Below the pieces are notes generated by a model. The model ran no database searches and had not been told where the DNA came from. It saw only the letters and a program-made list of their open reading frames with translations. 64,000 nt of DNA from Cyanophora paradoxa CCMP329 (taxonomy: Eukaryota > Plantae > Glaucophyta): NCBI GenBank assembly GCA_004431415.1, contig QPMI01000518.1, forward strand, positions 24,796 to 88,795. The letters are read 5' to 3'. Positions 12,583-24,855 of the stretch are shown piece after piece; position 1 is the first letter of the stretch; every line of letters starts with the position of its first letter. Made by a program: the position numbers and the translations under genes.

Positions 12583-15500
12583 CCGTCCTTCGCGTTCGCC
12601 GCGGGGGCGGCGTGGTCGGTGTAGTACAGGCCGGGGTGCTCTTTCACGAGCCGCAGGCACTCCGCCGTCAGCCCCGCCCGGTCTGTTTCCAGCGCGCGTG
12701 AGAACATGGAAAACAGTGGGCGTTTCGACAGATGCGCACCGGCGACGGCGAGCGCGTGCCTCAGCCACCCCATCTTCGTGTAGAGCTGCACGCGAAAATC
12801 AGCAGAGATGCGAGGCGGCCCCCGCCCGGCCGGCGGCGCGCCTGGATGGCCTTCTCCCTGCTGCCAGCTGCCTCGTGCGCCTCGGCGACGAGCGCGAGCT
12901 CTCCCGCCTGCTCGAAGGCCGCCGCCGCCTTCGCGAAGTCGCCGGCGCTGTAGAGGCACCGCGCCGCGCTGACCGCCTCGCCCGCCGCCGCGAAGAGGCC
13001 CGCCGCCTCCCGGTACGCCCTCTGCCGCGGCTTCTCCCCCACTGCGCCTCGGCCCGTCGGACCGCAGGCGCCGCGACGCGAGCCGCGCGGGCGCACCGGC
13101 GGCGGCGGCGCGGGCGACGGCGCCGAGGGCGCGGGCGCGCTCGCCGCCCTTCGCGTCGCGCGCGTTCTCGAAGGCCCGCGCCGCCGCGTCGTACAGGCCC
13201 CGCGCGAGGTACTCCCGGCCCCGCGCCGCCTGCCCGCCCCGCCGTCAGCGGCCGTCGCGAGCGGACGGGGCGGGCGGCGCACCCACTCCTCGGGCCCGCT
13301 CTCGGCGGCTTGCGGGCGCGCGGCCGCCGCCTCGCCCTCCTCGGCGCCCCAGGGCCGCGCGACGCCGGCCGCCGCGAAGAGGTCGAGCATCGGGCGCCCG
13401 CGCTCCTCGTCCTCCTCATAGATCCTGCCGCCGCCCTCGGCGCGGGCGCCGGCGGGCGCGGCGCGGGGCGGGGCGGCGGACCAGACGTTGGTGCGGGCGC
13501 GGGAGACGGCGGTGTAGAGGTGCTTGAGCTCCGAGGCGAGCACGCGGCCGGCGCCGCCCGCCGCCGCCGCCGTCCCCGCCCGCTTCGCCTTTTTGTCGCC
13601 GCCGCCGGCGGCCCCGCCCGCCTCGAGGTCCTCGAAGCCCTTCGCGGCCGCCTCCGCCGCCCCCTCCGCCGCTGCGGCGGCGGCGCCGGCGCGGACGGCG
13701 TCGGCGCAGGCGCGGGCGGCCTCCTTCCACGCGCGCCCGTCCGCGAGCGCCGAGTCGCGGAAGAAGTTGAACCTGCGGCACGGCATGGGCACTGGCGGCG
13801 CGCGGGCGCGGGGCGCGGGGCGTGGGACGCGGGGCGGACACGAGGACGTCGCCCCACTCGAGGCCCTTGCTCTCCTCCACCGTCAGCACGATCGCCCGCT
13901 GCAGCCGCGCCGGCAGCCGGCTCCGCGCCGCCCCGCTCCGCACCAGCACCACCTGCCGCGCCTCAGCGGGCGGCGGCATGTCCGCAGCGCACAGCTCGCC
14001 TGGTCGGCGCCGAGGGGCGCGTCGCCCTCCGCGCCGCCGCCGTCGCCGAAGAGGAAGCGGCCGAGCAGCGCCGGCTCGCGGAAGAGCAGCGGCGCCGGGC
14101 CCGGCACCAGCCCTGCGCGAGCCGGCTCACAGGATGCGGCCGGCGGGGTGGGCGTGCGAGCGGGCGCGCCGGCGTCGCGGGCGAGGTGGTCGATCTCGCG
14201 CTCGAAGAGGGCCTCGATGGCGTCCAGCACCGCCGCCGAGAGGCCCAGCACCCCCGACTTCGACCGGTAGTTCTGCCCCCGCGTCAGGCCGGGCCGGGCC
14301 CGGCGCCGGAGCCGGGGCTGGGGCCGGCGGGGCGCACGCAGGTGAGCTGGCGGACGGGGAGGCCCGAGGCGGCGAGGCGGCGGGCGCGCCCCGCCACCTT
14401 CGCCTCGTGGTGGAACAGCGCCCGCAGATCCGCGAACCTGCCGCCCCGCCCCGCGTCGGGCCCCGAGCGCGCCGGCGCCCCGCCCCCGCCGGGGCGCACC
14501 GGAAGCCGACGCCGCGGGAGACGGTCTGGGCGGTGTCGCCGGCGAGGAAGAAGCCCTTCGGGTCCTCCGTGGCGCAGAAGAGGAGCCAGAGCTCGGCCTG
14601 CGTCAGGTCCTGCACCTCGTCCACCAGCACCTCGTGCACCGCCGCGCCCCGGTACCCCTCCCGCGCCAGCCCCCGGTACACCGCGTGCACCGCGTCCTGC
14701 CGCGGGCCTCGTCGCTTCGCCCGCGCCGGCGGGTGGCGCGGGGCGCACCATGCGGTCGTAGAGGCCGCGGCGGCGCTTCTCGGCGCGGTACCGCTCGAAG
14801 ATCGCGTAGACGCACTTCCGCTGCGACGGATCCAGCCGCGACCTGCGCACGCGCGCGGGCGCCGCCGTCAGGGGCGCCGGCGCGGGTCGGGGCGGGGAGC
14901 TCGGGCGCGCCGGCCGCGGCCGAGGGCGAGGTAGTCGTCCTCGCTGAGGCAGCCGTCGGGCTCCTCCAGGCTCGCCAGGCTCCCCTGCCGCGCGTCGCCG
15001 CCGGCGGAGGCGGGCGGCCCGGCGGGCGGCGCGCGCACGTGATGTGGGAGACGATCTCGGTCCAGGCGACGAGCGGGTGCAGGTTGCGCTCGCCCTTCGT
15101 CGCCGTCACCGCCAGCCACAGCTCCGACGCGAAGCCCTCGTACCCCACCGCCCGCTGCCCCCCGCCGCCAGCGGCTCCCCCTCCCGCCCCGCGCCCCGCC
15201 CACGAGCGCCTGGGCCCCTGCGCCGGGCCGTCACGATCGTTACCCCCGCACGGGCGGGCGCGCGGCCCGCGCACCGCGGGGAGGGGCGCGTCGGGCTCGG
15301 AGTCGGGCCCGGCGGCGTGGCGGCGGACGCGGCCGGCGTCGTCGCGGGCGAAGAAGGGCCGCGCGAGGCTCCCGTCGAGCATCTCGAGCCACTTCGCCGC
15401 CGTCACTGCCCGCACCGCGCTCGAAGGCGGCGGCGGGGCGGCGGCGGGCGAGGGCTGCGCGCGGACCGAAGAGGGGGAAGGCGTCGTCGCGGAGGGCGGC

Positions 15501-17155
15501 GACCGAGTCGGGCAGCTCGTGCGACTCGCGCCCCGGCAGCCGCGGCTCGCCCGCCGCCGCCGCCTCCGGCCCCGCCTCGCCGCCCGCTGCCCGCACCAGC
15601 GAGTGGCCCTCCTCCTGCGACCCGCTCGCCCCCGGGGCCGGCCGAGGCAGGCGGGGCGGGGCGGGGCGGGCACCAGGCGGGCAAACCAGGACCGGACCTC
15701 GCGGCAGAGGGCGGGCGACGAGGCCAGGAAGACCTGCGGGCGGGCCTCGGCGCGCGGCGGGCGGCCGGCCGGCGGCGGAGGCGGGGCGCGCCTGACGGGC
15801 GTGGCCCGAGACGAGCAGTTCGCGCCCCCGGCTCGCCTCCCAGTAGGCCCGGTAGCGGCTCCACAGGCGCAGCAGCGCGCAGCTCGTCTTGCCTGCCGCC
15901 GCGCCGCGTTGGCGGTGCGGGGCGGGCGGGGCCGGCGGCGGGCGCGTACCGGTGCCGGAGCGGCCGAGGAGGAGCACGGGCTCGTCCGCGCAGACCGCCG
16001 CCGCCTCCGCCGCCGCCGCCGCCGCCAGCGCCGGCGCCGCCCCGCCGGCGCCCGGTCCGCCAGCAGCCGCCGCGCGAGCGCCGCCGCCCGCTCCCGCACC
16101 CGCGCAGCACCCCCGCGTCTGCGCCCCGGGCCGCGCCCGCCTCAGCCGCGCCGCCGCCGGGGGCGCGGCCCGCGGCTCACCCGCGCTCCCACCGGCCTGG
16201 CGCTTCGGCTTGGCGGCGCGGCCCTCGGCCCCGAGCTCCGGCCCGGGCGCCGGCGGCGCGGCGGGAGACCCGAGCGATAGCGCCGCGAGGAGTAGCGTCG
16301 GGCCGGCGACGGGCGGGGCGGCGGGGCCGTCCGGCCCGTGGTCTCGGGGCAGCCGCAGCGGTTCGTTGGGGTCGCGCGGCGGGGCCCCGCCGGCCCCGCG
16401 CCCGGGCGCGCCGCGGCCCGGTGCCGCCGGCCGATGTCCTGGATCCGCCGCTGCGCGTCGTCGTGGTTGCAGAGGTCCCTGCGCAGCGGCCCGTGAGCCG
16501 CGGCGGGCGAGCGCGCGGCGCGGGCCGGGGGCGGGGGCGGGGCGGCCACCAGAGGAGGATGCAGTCGCGGGCGCTCTGGTGGCGCTCTGAGAACGAGACG
16601 GTCTCCTCCCACAGCAGCCGCCACCCGCCCGGCAGGTACGACTCGAACAGCGCGGCCCCGGGCGCGTTCTGCGCCGCCCTTGGGTCACCGGGCCCCAGCG
16701 CGGGGCGGGGATGAACGTACGCTGAGGTTAAGGGGCTTGGCGAGGCGCGCGGAGCGCATGCCGCTGGCGATCGCGTGCAGCTTGCGGAGCGCGGCCAGCC
16801 GGTAGACTTCGGCGGCGTCCCTCCACGAGAGCAGAGCGACGCGCGAGACCTCGACCTCCCTGCGTGCGTATAACACGAGAAATCATTGATAACCGTCGCG
16901 GGGGACGCGGGGTCGCATGCGCATGTCGAACGCGCACCACGGGCACTGCTCGATGCGCTCCAGCAGCGCCGGGGCGTCCAGAGTGCGCGAAGCCGCGTCG
17001 TCCATCGCATCTTCTTCAGCCTCTGCTGCGGTCGGACTTGCTGGTCGCGGCGGCTGGTCGGCGGGCGCCGAGGTCGAGGCGATCTGCAGCACGGGTAGCG
17101 GCTGGAGCCCTTCCTCGCGCGCCTTCTCGCGCGCGTACTCGTGCGGCGCCTCCAT
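8654..17155 (-). CDS. Host TRANK1/LBA1-like UvrD (SF1) helicase with helical repeats and C-terminal zinc fingers; left, uninterrupted copy; multi-exon
   Basis: Exon motifs LLGRSGTG(K)TSC (Walker A, split by an intron), VLVDEVQDLT (Walker B), LAGDTAQT, QNYRS, TVEESKGLEWGDV and ELKHLYTAVSRARTNVW. An in-frame splice ...SELCRLA|LAGEAMRPLKFCSFC...HNASEKH links the helicase to the CxxC..HxxxxxH fingers. Confidence 0.75.
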
Positions 17156-20100
17156 TGAAGCACCACCTTCGCCGCCTTCTGGACTCGACTCGGCTTGGGG
17201 GGATACACGGATCTTCCCCGTCGGGTTGACAGTCTGCGCCGGCGCCGGTCGCCTCCAATGGAGGCGCCGCACGAGTACGCGCGCGAGAAAGCGCGCGAGG
17301 AAGGGCTCCAGCCGCTCCCCGTGCTGCAGATCGCCTCGACCTCGGCGCCCGCCGACCAGCCGCCGCGACCAGCAAGTCCAACCGCAGCAGAGGCTGAAGA
17401 AGATGCGATGGACGACGCGGCTTCGCGCACTCTGGACGCCCCGGCGCTGCTGGAGCGCATCGAGCAGTGCCCGTGGTGCGCGTTCGACATGCGCATGCGA
17501 CCCCGCGTCCCCCGCGACGGTTATCAATGATTTCTCGTGTTATACGCACGCAGGGAGGTCGAGGTCTCGCGCGTCGCTCTGCTCTCGTGGAGGGACGCCG
17601 CCGAAGTCTACCGGCTGGCCGCGCTCCGCAAGCTGCACGCGATCGCCAGCGGCATGCGCTCCGCGCGCCTCGCCAAGCCCCTTAACCTCAGCGTACGTTC
17701 ATCCCGCCCCGCGCTGGGGCCCGGTGACCCAAGGGCGGCGCAGAACGCGCCCGGGGCCGCGCTGTTCGAGTCGTACCTGCCGGGCGGGTGGCGGCTGCTG
17801 TGGGAGGAGACCGTCTCGTTCTCAGAGCGCCACCAGAGCGCCCGCGACTGCATCCTCCTCTGGTGGCCGCCCCGCCCCCGCCCCCGGCCCGCGCCGCGCG
17901 CTCGCCCGCCGCGGCTCACGGGCCGCTGCGCAGGGACCTCTGCAACCACGACGACGCGCAGCGGCGGATCCAGGACATCGGCCGGCGGCACCGGGCCGCG
18001 GCGCGCCCGGGCGCGGGGGCCGGCGGGGCCCCGCCGCGCGACCCCAACGAACCGCTGCGGCTGCCCCGAGACCACGGGCCGGACGGCCCCGCCGCCCCGC
18101 CCGTCGCCGGCCCGACGCTACTCCTCGCCGCGCTATCGCTCGGGTCTCCCGCCGCGCCGCCGGCGCCCGGGCCGGAGCTCGGGGCCGAGGGCCGCGCCGC
18201 CAAGCCGAAGCGCCAGGCCGGTGGGAGCGCGGGTGAGCCGCGGGCCGCGCCCCCGGCGGCGGCGCGGCTGAGGCGGGCGCGGCCCGGGGCGCAGACGCGG
18301 GGTGCTGCGCGGGGTGCGGGAGCGGGCGGCGGCGCTCGCGCGGCGGCTGCTGGCGGACCGGGCGCCGGCGGGGGCGGCGCCGGCGCTGGCGGCGGCGGCG
18401 GCGGCGGAGGCGGCGGCGGTCTGCGCGGACGAGCCCGTGCTCCTCCTCGGCCGCTCCGGCACCGGTACGCGCCCGCCGCCGGCCCCGCCCCGCCCCGCAC
18501 CGCCAACGCGGCGCGGCGGCAAGCAAGACGAGCTGCGCGCTGCTGCGCCTGTGGAGCCGCTACCGGGCCTACTGGGAGGCGAGCCGGGGGCGCGAACTGC
18601 TCGTCTCGGGCCACGCCCGTCAGGCGCGCCCCGCCTCCGCCGCCGGCCGGCCGCCCGCCGCGCGCCGAGGCCCGCCCGCAGGTCTTCCTGGCCTCGTCGC
18701 CCGCCCTCTGCCGCGAGGTCCGGTCCTGGTTTGCCCGCCTGGTGCCCGCCCCGCCCCGCCCCGCCTGCCTCGGCCGGCCCCGGGGGCGAGCGGGTCGCAG
18801 GAGGAGGGCCACTCGCTGGTGCGGGCAGCGGGCGGCGAGGCGGGGCCGGAGGCGGCGGCGGCGGGCGAGCCGCGGCTGCCGGGGCGCGAGTCGCACGAGC
18901 TGCCCGACTCGGTCGCCGCCCTCCGCGACGACGCCTTCCCCCTCTTCGGTCCGCGCGCAGCCCTCGCCCGCCGCCGCCCCCGCCGCCGCCTTCGAGCGCG
19001 GTGCGGGCAGTGACGGCGGCGAAGTGGCTCGAGATGCTCGACGGGAGCCTCGCGCGGCCCTTCTTCGCCCGCGACGACGCCGGCCGCGTCCGCCGCCACG
19101 CCGCCGGGCCCGACTCCGAGCCCGACGCGCCCCTCCCCGCGGTGCGCGGGCCGCGCGCCCGCCCGTGCGGGGGTAACGATCGTGACGGCCCGGCGCAGGG
19201 GGCCCAGGCGCTCGTGGGCGGGGCGCGGGGCGGGGAGGGGGAGCCGCTGGCGGCGGGGGGGCAGCGGGCGGTGGGGTACGAGGGCTTCGCGTCGGAGCTG
19301 TGGCTGGCGGTGACGGCGACGAAGGGCGAGCGCAACCTGCACCCGCTCGTCGCCTGGACCGAGATCGTCTCCCACATCACGTGCGCGCGCCGCCCGCCGG
19401 GCCGCCCGCCTCCGCCGGCGGCGACGCGCGGCAGGGGGAGCCTGGCGAGCCTGGAGGAGCCCGACGGCTGCCTCAGCGAGGACGACTACCTCGCCCTCGG
19501 CCGCGGCCGGCGCGCCCGAGCTCCCCGCCCGACCCGCGCCGGCGCCCCTGACGGCGGCGCCCGCGCGCGTGCGCAGGTCGCGGCTGGATCCGTCGCAGCG
19601 GAAGTGCGTCTACGCGATCTTCGAGCGGTACCGCGCCGAGAAGCGCCGCCGCGGCCTCTACGACCGCATGGTGCGCCCCGCGCCACCCGCCGGCGCGGGC
19701 GAAGCGACGAGGCCCGCGGCAGGACGCGGTGCACGCGGTGTACCGGGGGCTGGCGCGGGAGGGGTACCGGGGCGCGGCGGTGCACGAGGTGCTGGTGGAC
19801 GAGGTGCAGGACCTGACGCAGGCCGAGCTCTGGCTCCTCTTCTGCGCCACGGAGGACCCGAAGGGCTTCTTCCTCGCCGGCGACACCGCCCAGACCGTCT
19901 CCCGCGGCGTCGGCTTCCGGTGCGCCCCGGCGGGGCGGGGCGCCGGCGCGCTCGGGGCCCGACGCGGGCGGGCGGCAGGTTCGCGGATCTGCGGGCGCTG
20001 TTCCACCACGAGGCGAAGGTGGCGGGGCGCGCCCGCCGCCTCGCCGCCTCGGGCCTCCCGTCCGCCAGCTCACCTGCGTGCGCCCCGCCGGCCCCAGCCC

Positions 20101-21537
20101 CGGCTCCGGCGCCGGGCCCGGCCCCGGCCTGACGCGGGGGCAGAACTACCGGTCGAAGTCGGGGTGCTGGGCCTCTCGGCGGCGGTGCTGGACGCCATCG
20201 AGGCCCTCTTCGAGCGCGAGATCGACCACCTCGCCCGCGACGCCGGCGCGCCCGCTCGCACGCCCACCCCGCCGGCCGCATCCTGTGAGCCGGCTCGCGC
20301 AGGGCTGGTGCCGGGCCCGGCGCCGCTGCTCTTCCGCGAGCCGGCGCTGCTCGGCCGCTTCCTCTTCGGCGACGGCGGCGGCGCGGAGGGCGACGCGCCC
20401 CTCGGCGCCGACCAGGCGAGCTGTGCGCTGCGGACATGCCGCCGCCCGCTGAGGCGCGGCAGGTGGTGCTGGTGCGGAGCGGGGCGGCGCGGAGCCGGCT
20501 GCCGGCGCGGCTGCAGCGGGCGATCGTGCTGACGGTGGAGGAGAGCAAGGGCCTCGAGTGGGGCGACGTCCTCGTGTCCGCCCCGGGCCCCGGGCCCCGC
20601 GCCCGCGCGCCGCCCGCGCCCACGCCGCCGCAGGTTCAACTTCTTCCGCGACTCGGCGCTCGCGGACGGGCGCGCGTGGAAGGAGGCCGCCCGCGCCTGC
20701 GCCGACGCCGTCCGCGCCGGCGCCGCCGCCGCAGCGGCGGAGGGGGCGGCGGAGGCGGCCGCGAAGGGCTTCGAGGACCTCGAGGCGGGCGGGGCCGCCG
20801 GCGGCGGCGACAAAAAGGCGAAGCGGGCGGGGACGGCGGCGGCGGCGGGCGGCGCCGGCCGCGTGCTCGCCTCGGAGCTCAAGCACCTCTACACCGCCGT
20901 CTCCCGCGCCTGCACCAACGTCTGGTCCGCCGCCCCGCCCCGCGCCGCGCCCGCCGGCGCCCGCGCCGAGGGCGGCGGCAGGATCTATGAGGAGGACGAG
21001 GAGCGCGGGCGCCCGATGCTCGACCTCTTCGCGACGGCCGGCGTCGCGCGGCCCTGGGGCGCCGAGGAGGGCGAGGCGGCGGCCGCGCGCCCGCGGGCCG
21101 CCGAGAGCGGGCCCGAGGAGTGGGTGCGCCGCCCGCCCCGTCCGCTCGCGACGGCCGCTGACGGCGGGGCGGGCAGGCGGCGCGGGGCCGGGAGTACCTC
21201 GCGCGGGGCCTGTACGACGCGGCGGCGCGGGCCTTCGAGAACGCGCGCGACGCGAAGGGCGGCGAGCGCGCCCGCGCCCTCGGCGCCGTCGCCCGCGCCG
21301 CCGCCGCCGGTGCGCCCGCGCGGCTCGCGTCGCGGCGCCGGCCGCCCGACGGGCCGAGGCGCAGTGGGGGAGAAGCCGCGGCAGAGGGCGTACCGGGAGG
21401 CGGCGGGCCTCTTCGCGGCGGCGGGCGAGGCGGTCAGCGCGGCGCGGTGCCTCTACAGCGCCGGCGACTTCGCGAAGGCGGCGGCGGCCTTCGAGCAGGC
21501 GGGAGAGCTCGCGCTCGCCGCCGAGGCGCACGAGGCC
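12870..21537. repeat. Near-identical inner arms (~4.3 kb each) of an inverted duplication around a 98-bp unique spacer at 17158-17255
   Basis: 12870-17157 is the reverse complement of 17256-21537 apart from scattered differences; further out the arms remain homologous but diverged. Confidence 0.9.
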
Positions 21538-23445
21538 GGCGGCCACCCTGGAAAAGCCTTCCAGGCGCGCTGCAGGCGGGGCGGCATGGGCCTATCGAGT
21601 CTTATCTGACGCCGGCGTGCAGCTCTACGAGAAGATGGGTTGGTTGAGGCACGCGCTCGCCCTCGCCGGTGCGCGGCAGTTGTGCACTGTGATCGGTGTT
21701 GCGCTTTCCGAGCGTCTCACGCGCGAGAAAAACGCGGCAGACCGGGCGGGAAACGCGGCAGCGTGCCTTCACCTCGTGAAAGAGCACCCCGATCTGTACT
21801 ACATCGACCGCTCCGCCCAATCGGAGAAAGGCGGGGCGGTCTCGAAGGGGGTGAGGATAGACCGGGCGTACGTCATAACGAAGGTGCGTGCAGCTTGGGC
21901 CGAGGATCGATCTGGACGCGCTTGCCGAACGCGCCCCGGCAGGCTGCGCTGACAGCGGCGGACGCGGGGGACATCGCCGCCGTCGTCGACATCCTCTCCC
22001 TCGACTGCAATCAAAAGCGGGCGAGTCGGATCGCCCACGGCAGAAGCGCTCGCGGCGCCTGGACCCTGGGCTTACGTATGGAGCGCGCAGGCGCGGAAGG
22101 TGATCGAGGCGAAGGGGCTGGACGCGCAAGTGCGGAAGGAGCTGGCGCGGCGCGACCAGCACCTCGACGTCGACGAACGCCAGGGTGCGCCCCGTGTCGC
22201 GGGGCGGGGAGCCGGAGCTTTCCTCCCGGCTCCGGGACGGGAAGTCGGGGCGCGGCGGGACGCGTTGCTCACGTCGCCCGCCTCCGGCGCGCGCAGAGCT
22301 CTACAAGAGACTCGGCATCAGCATTTCCGTAGGCCGCCCCGTCCGCCGGGGTCGCAGCCGCCGGCCGCTGATCGCCGACCGCGGCAGCTGACCTCCAGCG
22401 CTCTCGGCCGCGGCATCGAAACGGCTGCGGACCTCGAGGTGCAGGCCCGGCCCGGCCGCTGCCCGCTGCGCCACGCTCGCTGGAGGCCAACCTGGGCTCG
22501 CGCAGGCTACGTTGAAGGGCGAGGCCGCGGAGGTCGTATCGGCTGCGGACGCGAGCCGCCATCGGAGGCCCAACCACGTCGACGTGCGTGCGCCGGCGCG
22601 ACGCGCCGCGGCCGGAGGCCAGAGGCGTGAGCTGGACCCCGGGCGCAGCGGATGCTGGCGGGCATGACCGACGAGGAGAGGGTCCAGTGGATGGCCCGCG
22701 ACTTCCAGCAGCGCATCCAGCGCTCCGAACTCTGCCGCCTCGCGGTCCGCCCTCCCCCCAGAAGAGGCCGTCTAGACCTCGGTGCAGAGCCTGAGCTCAT
22801 AATGTTAATTCTAGATCCATCGAGCGATCCGAGCGGCGCCGCCTAGCAGTGTGCTCCTTGCAAATACCACAATCAGTCTAGATCTAGACCTCTTTCTCAA
22901 CTAAATAATTAAGGTCAAAAGGGTCTTAAGGTCGTTCTGCATATCTGTTCTGTTGAATTCTTCAGGTCGTAGCGCTAGCTCCAGATCTTCCGCTGGATGA
23001 CGTTGCTAAGGTCCCTTGAATTCGCAGAAGTCGGGCGAGTCGCGGGGCCGCATGCGGTTCTGCGGCGTCTGCCCCGAGGAGCACCAGCCAAAGAGCGCCG
23101 CCGCCCTGGCCGCCCACAACGCCTCCGCAAAGCACCAGGCGCCCCGCGCCGTCGAGTTTGTTCGGCGTACCGTTCGCTTCGCACGTTGAGACGACGCGCA
23201 CGCGCAGGAGATTGTGCGCGCTCGAGAGCTCTTCTTCCAGCTCATGTGCACGAGGCTCGAGGAAATGCTCCAGCGGTGCGGCTCTTCCGGAGCATGCGAG
23301 GCATAGAGCGCTCGAGAGCCCAGCATTCCGTTCGGATCTCGTTTCATTCTGGGCGCAGAATCAAGCTCCAGGTGGGGCGCCTGGGGGAGATGGCGAACCC
23401 GCCCGGCGGCGCCCGGCCGCAGAACTGGCGCGCCCTCACCAAGGT
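17258..23445 (+). CDS. Host TRANK1-like helicase, right copy, 5' part up to the intron holding element 1
   Basis: Same helicase motifs on the + strand (VDEVQDLT ~19795, KGLEWGDV ~20550, ELKHLYTAVSRACTNVW ~20875), the finger RFCGVC..HNASAKH at ~23055, and exon QVGRLGEMANPPGGARPQNWRALTK. Confidence 0.75.
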
Positions 23446-23496
23446 GCCCCGCCCCCGCGCGGGGCGCGCGTGCCGGCGGCAAAACTAAGGCCTCTA

Positions 23497-23562
23497 CTTT
23501 AAACTTGCAATGCCGGATTCCGGTCCGGATCTTTAAACTTGCAATGCCGGATTCCGGTCCGG
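23497..23562. repeat. 32-bp direct repeat (34-bp period) abutting the left end of element 1
   Basis: ctttaaacttgcaatgccggattccggtccgg occurs at 23497-23528 and 23531-23562. Confidence 0.9.
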
Positions 23563-23565
23563 TCC

Positions 23566-23660
23566 ACACATATTGAAAAACGAATTTAAATCCCTCGTTC
23601 ATCTCGATCGCTTCGCGATCTCGATTCACTCTGGATTTAAATTCGTTTTTCAATATGTGT
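23566..23660. other. 95-nt terminal hairpin, left end (mirror copy at 49875-49969)
   Basis: Perfect 28-bp outer stem (23566-23593 / 23633-23660), a 12-position mixed segment, a 6-bp inner stem GATCGC/GCGATC and a 3-nt loop. Confidence 0.95.
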
Positions 23661-23984
23661 TAATTTAATACTAAAATACATATTTATCGATTAATTTCTT
23701 TAACTTTTTATGCAAACTTTGTATAAATTAATGCAAACTTTGTATTAAAAATGATAAACGCGTTTAATTTAATGCATATTCACGATTGATTCAATCGATA
23801 TTATATCGATAGATTATGTTCTTTGTCGATTACATATATAACTTCGATTGATTAACATTAAACTACTTAAAGAACGATATAATCGCGATTAATTCGCATA
23901 AATTCGCATAAATTCGCATAAACTCGATATATCTCATCGGTATTGAAGTAGACCACCGCCCATTTTGTATCGGAAAACGCAAAA

Positions 23985-24240
23985 ACTGTCACAGAGTTGC
24001 ATTATGTCCAATTAAACAATCGATGGGATTGCGGATTTACATTTTTGCACCGAAAAAGTGTCACAGAGTTGCATTATCTCCAATTAAACAATCGATTAGA
24101 TTGCGGGATTTTCTATTGGAATATATCGGAACTGCATTATGTCCAATTAAACAATCGATGAGATTGCGGATGTATACTTTTGATCGAAAAAGTGTCACAG
24201 AGTTGCATGGTCTCCAATTGAATAATCGATGAGATTGCAT
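23985..24240. repeat. Four imperfect ~60-70 bp tandem repeats in the TIR (core TTGCATTATGTCCAATTAAACAATCGAT), preceded by (AATTCGCATA)3 at ~23891-23920
   Basis: Visible directly; mirrored at ~49295-49650. Confidence 0.85.
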
Positions 24241-24349
24241 ATGTTCTATAAAACAGAATAAATGAATTCAAGTGTGACAGGTAGTATTCAAATGATATTC
24301 AGTAAGAGATATATTTGTTTTTGAGAAAGTCAGTAAGAGGGGTAGAATG

Positions 24350-24797
24350 TCTGTGACGCCTGTGACGGCTGTGACGCCTGTTTTCAGAAGTCTGTCATTT
24401 TTGAAAATTTTAAAAAGTTTGAAAGTAGGTGTCACAGGCGTCACAGGCGTCACACTCAATTAAATTAGGTGTCACAGCGAAATTGCAGACCATTTCCAGT
24501 AAGACAACTTCGCATTTTCGGAAAGGTGGATTAATGGATAGTGTTTTGTAGGTGTCAGAGGTGTCACAAGACGGATTTCAGTAAGACAAGAATATATTTT
24601 TGAATATCTCAGTAAGAGAAAGAGATTCCATTTTTAATTGGGTGTGACGCCTGTGACGGCTGTGACGGCTGTTTTAAGAAGTCTGTCATTTTTGAAAATT
24701 TTAAAAAGTTTGAAAGTAGGCGTCACAGGCGTCACAGGCGTCACAGGCGTCACAGTCAATTAAAGAGGCGTCACAGTCAATTAAATAGGTGTCACAC
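24350..24797. promoter_or_regulatory. Two iteron-like palindromic units: (GTGACGCCT)3, AT-rich spacer, (AGGCGTCAC)3; putative replication origin
   Basis: Units at ~24350-24455 and ~24642-24797, mirrored in the right TIR (~48740-49185), with a fifth copy at ~39840-39945. Origin function is inferred. Confidence 0.6.
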
Positions 24798-24855
24798 CCG
24801 ATTATCTGACCATTTTCAGTAAGACCATCTGAAATTCTGAATTTCTCAGTGTCAA

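Noticed and set aside
12870-21537. Palindrome as a pure fold-back assembly artefact
   Set aside because: Homology continues outward as clearly diverged paralogous exons on both sides, which a chimeric read would not create. Over-homogenisation of the core by polishing is still possible.
6400-23500. Dozens of long overlapping Arg/Pro/Gly/Ala-rich ORFs
   Set aside because: Artefacts of very high GC content and stop-codon scarcity; the real coding signal is short spliced exons with helicase motifs.
23006-23653. ORFs starting MKNEFKSRVNRDRE (also 49882-50088)
   Set aside because: They are translations of the terminal hairpin running into host sequence across the junction.
23985-24800. TIR repeats as a CRISPR-like array, or as the ORFs MSVTPVTPVTP (24268-24459, 49077-49268)
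   Set aside because: The repeats are degenerate tandem or palindromic units; the ORFs merely translate the 9-bp iterons.
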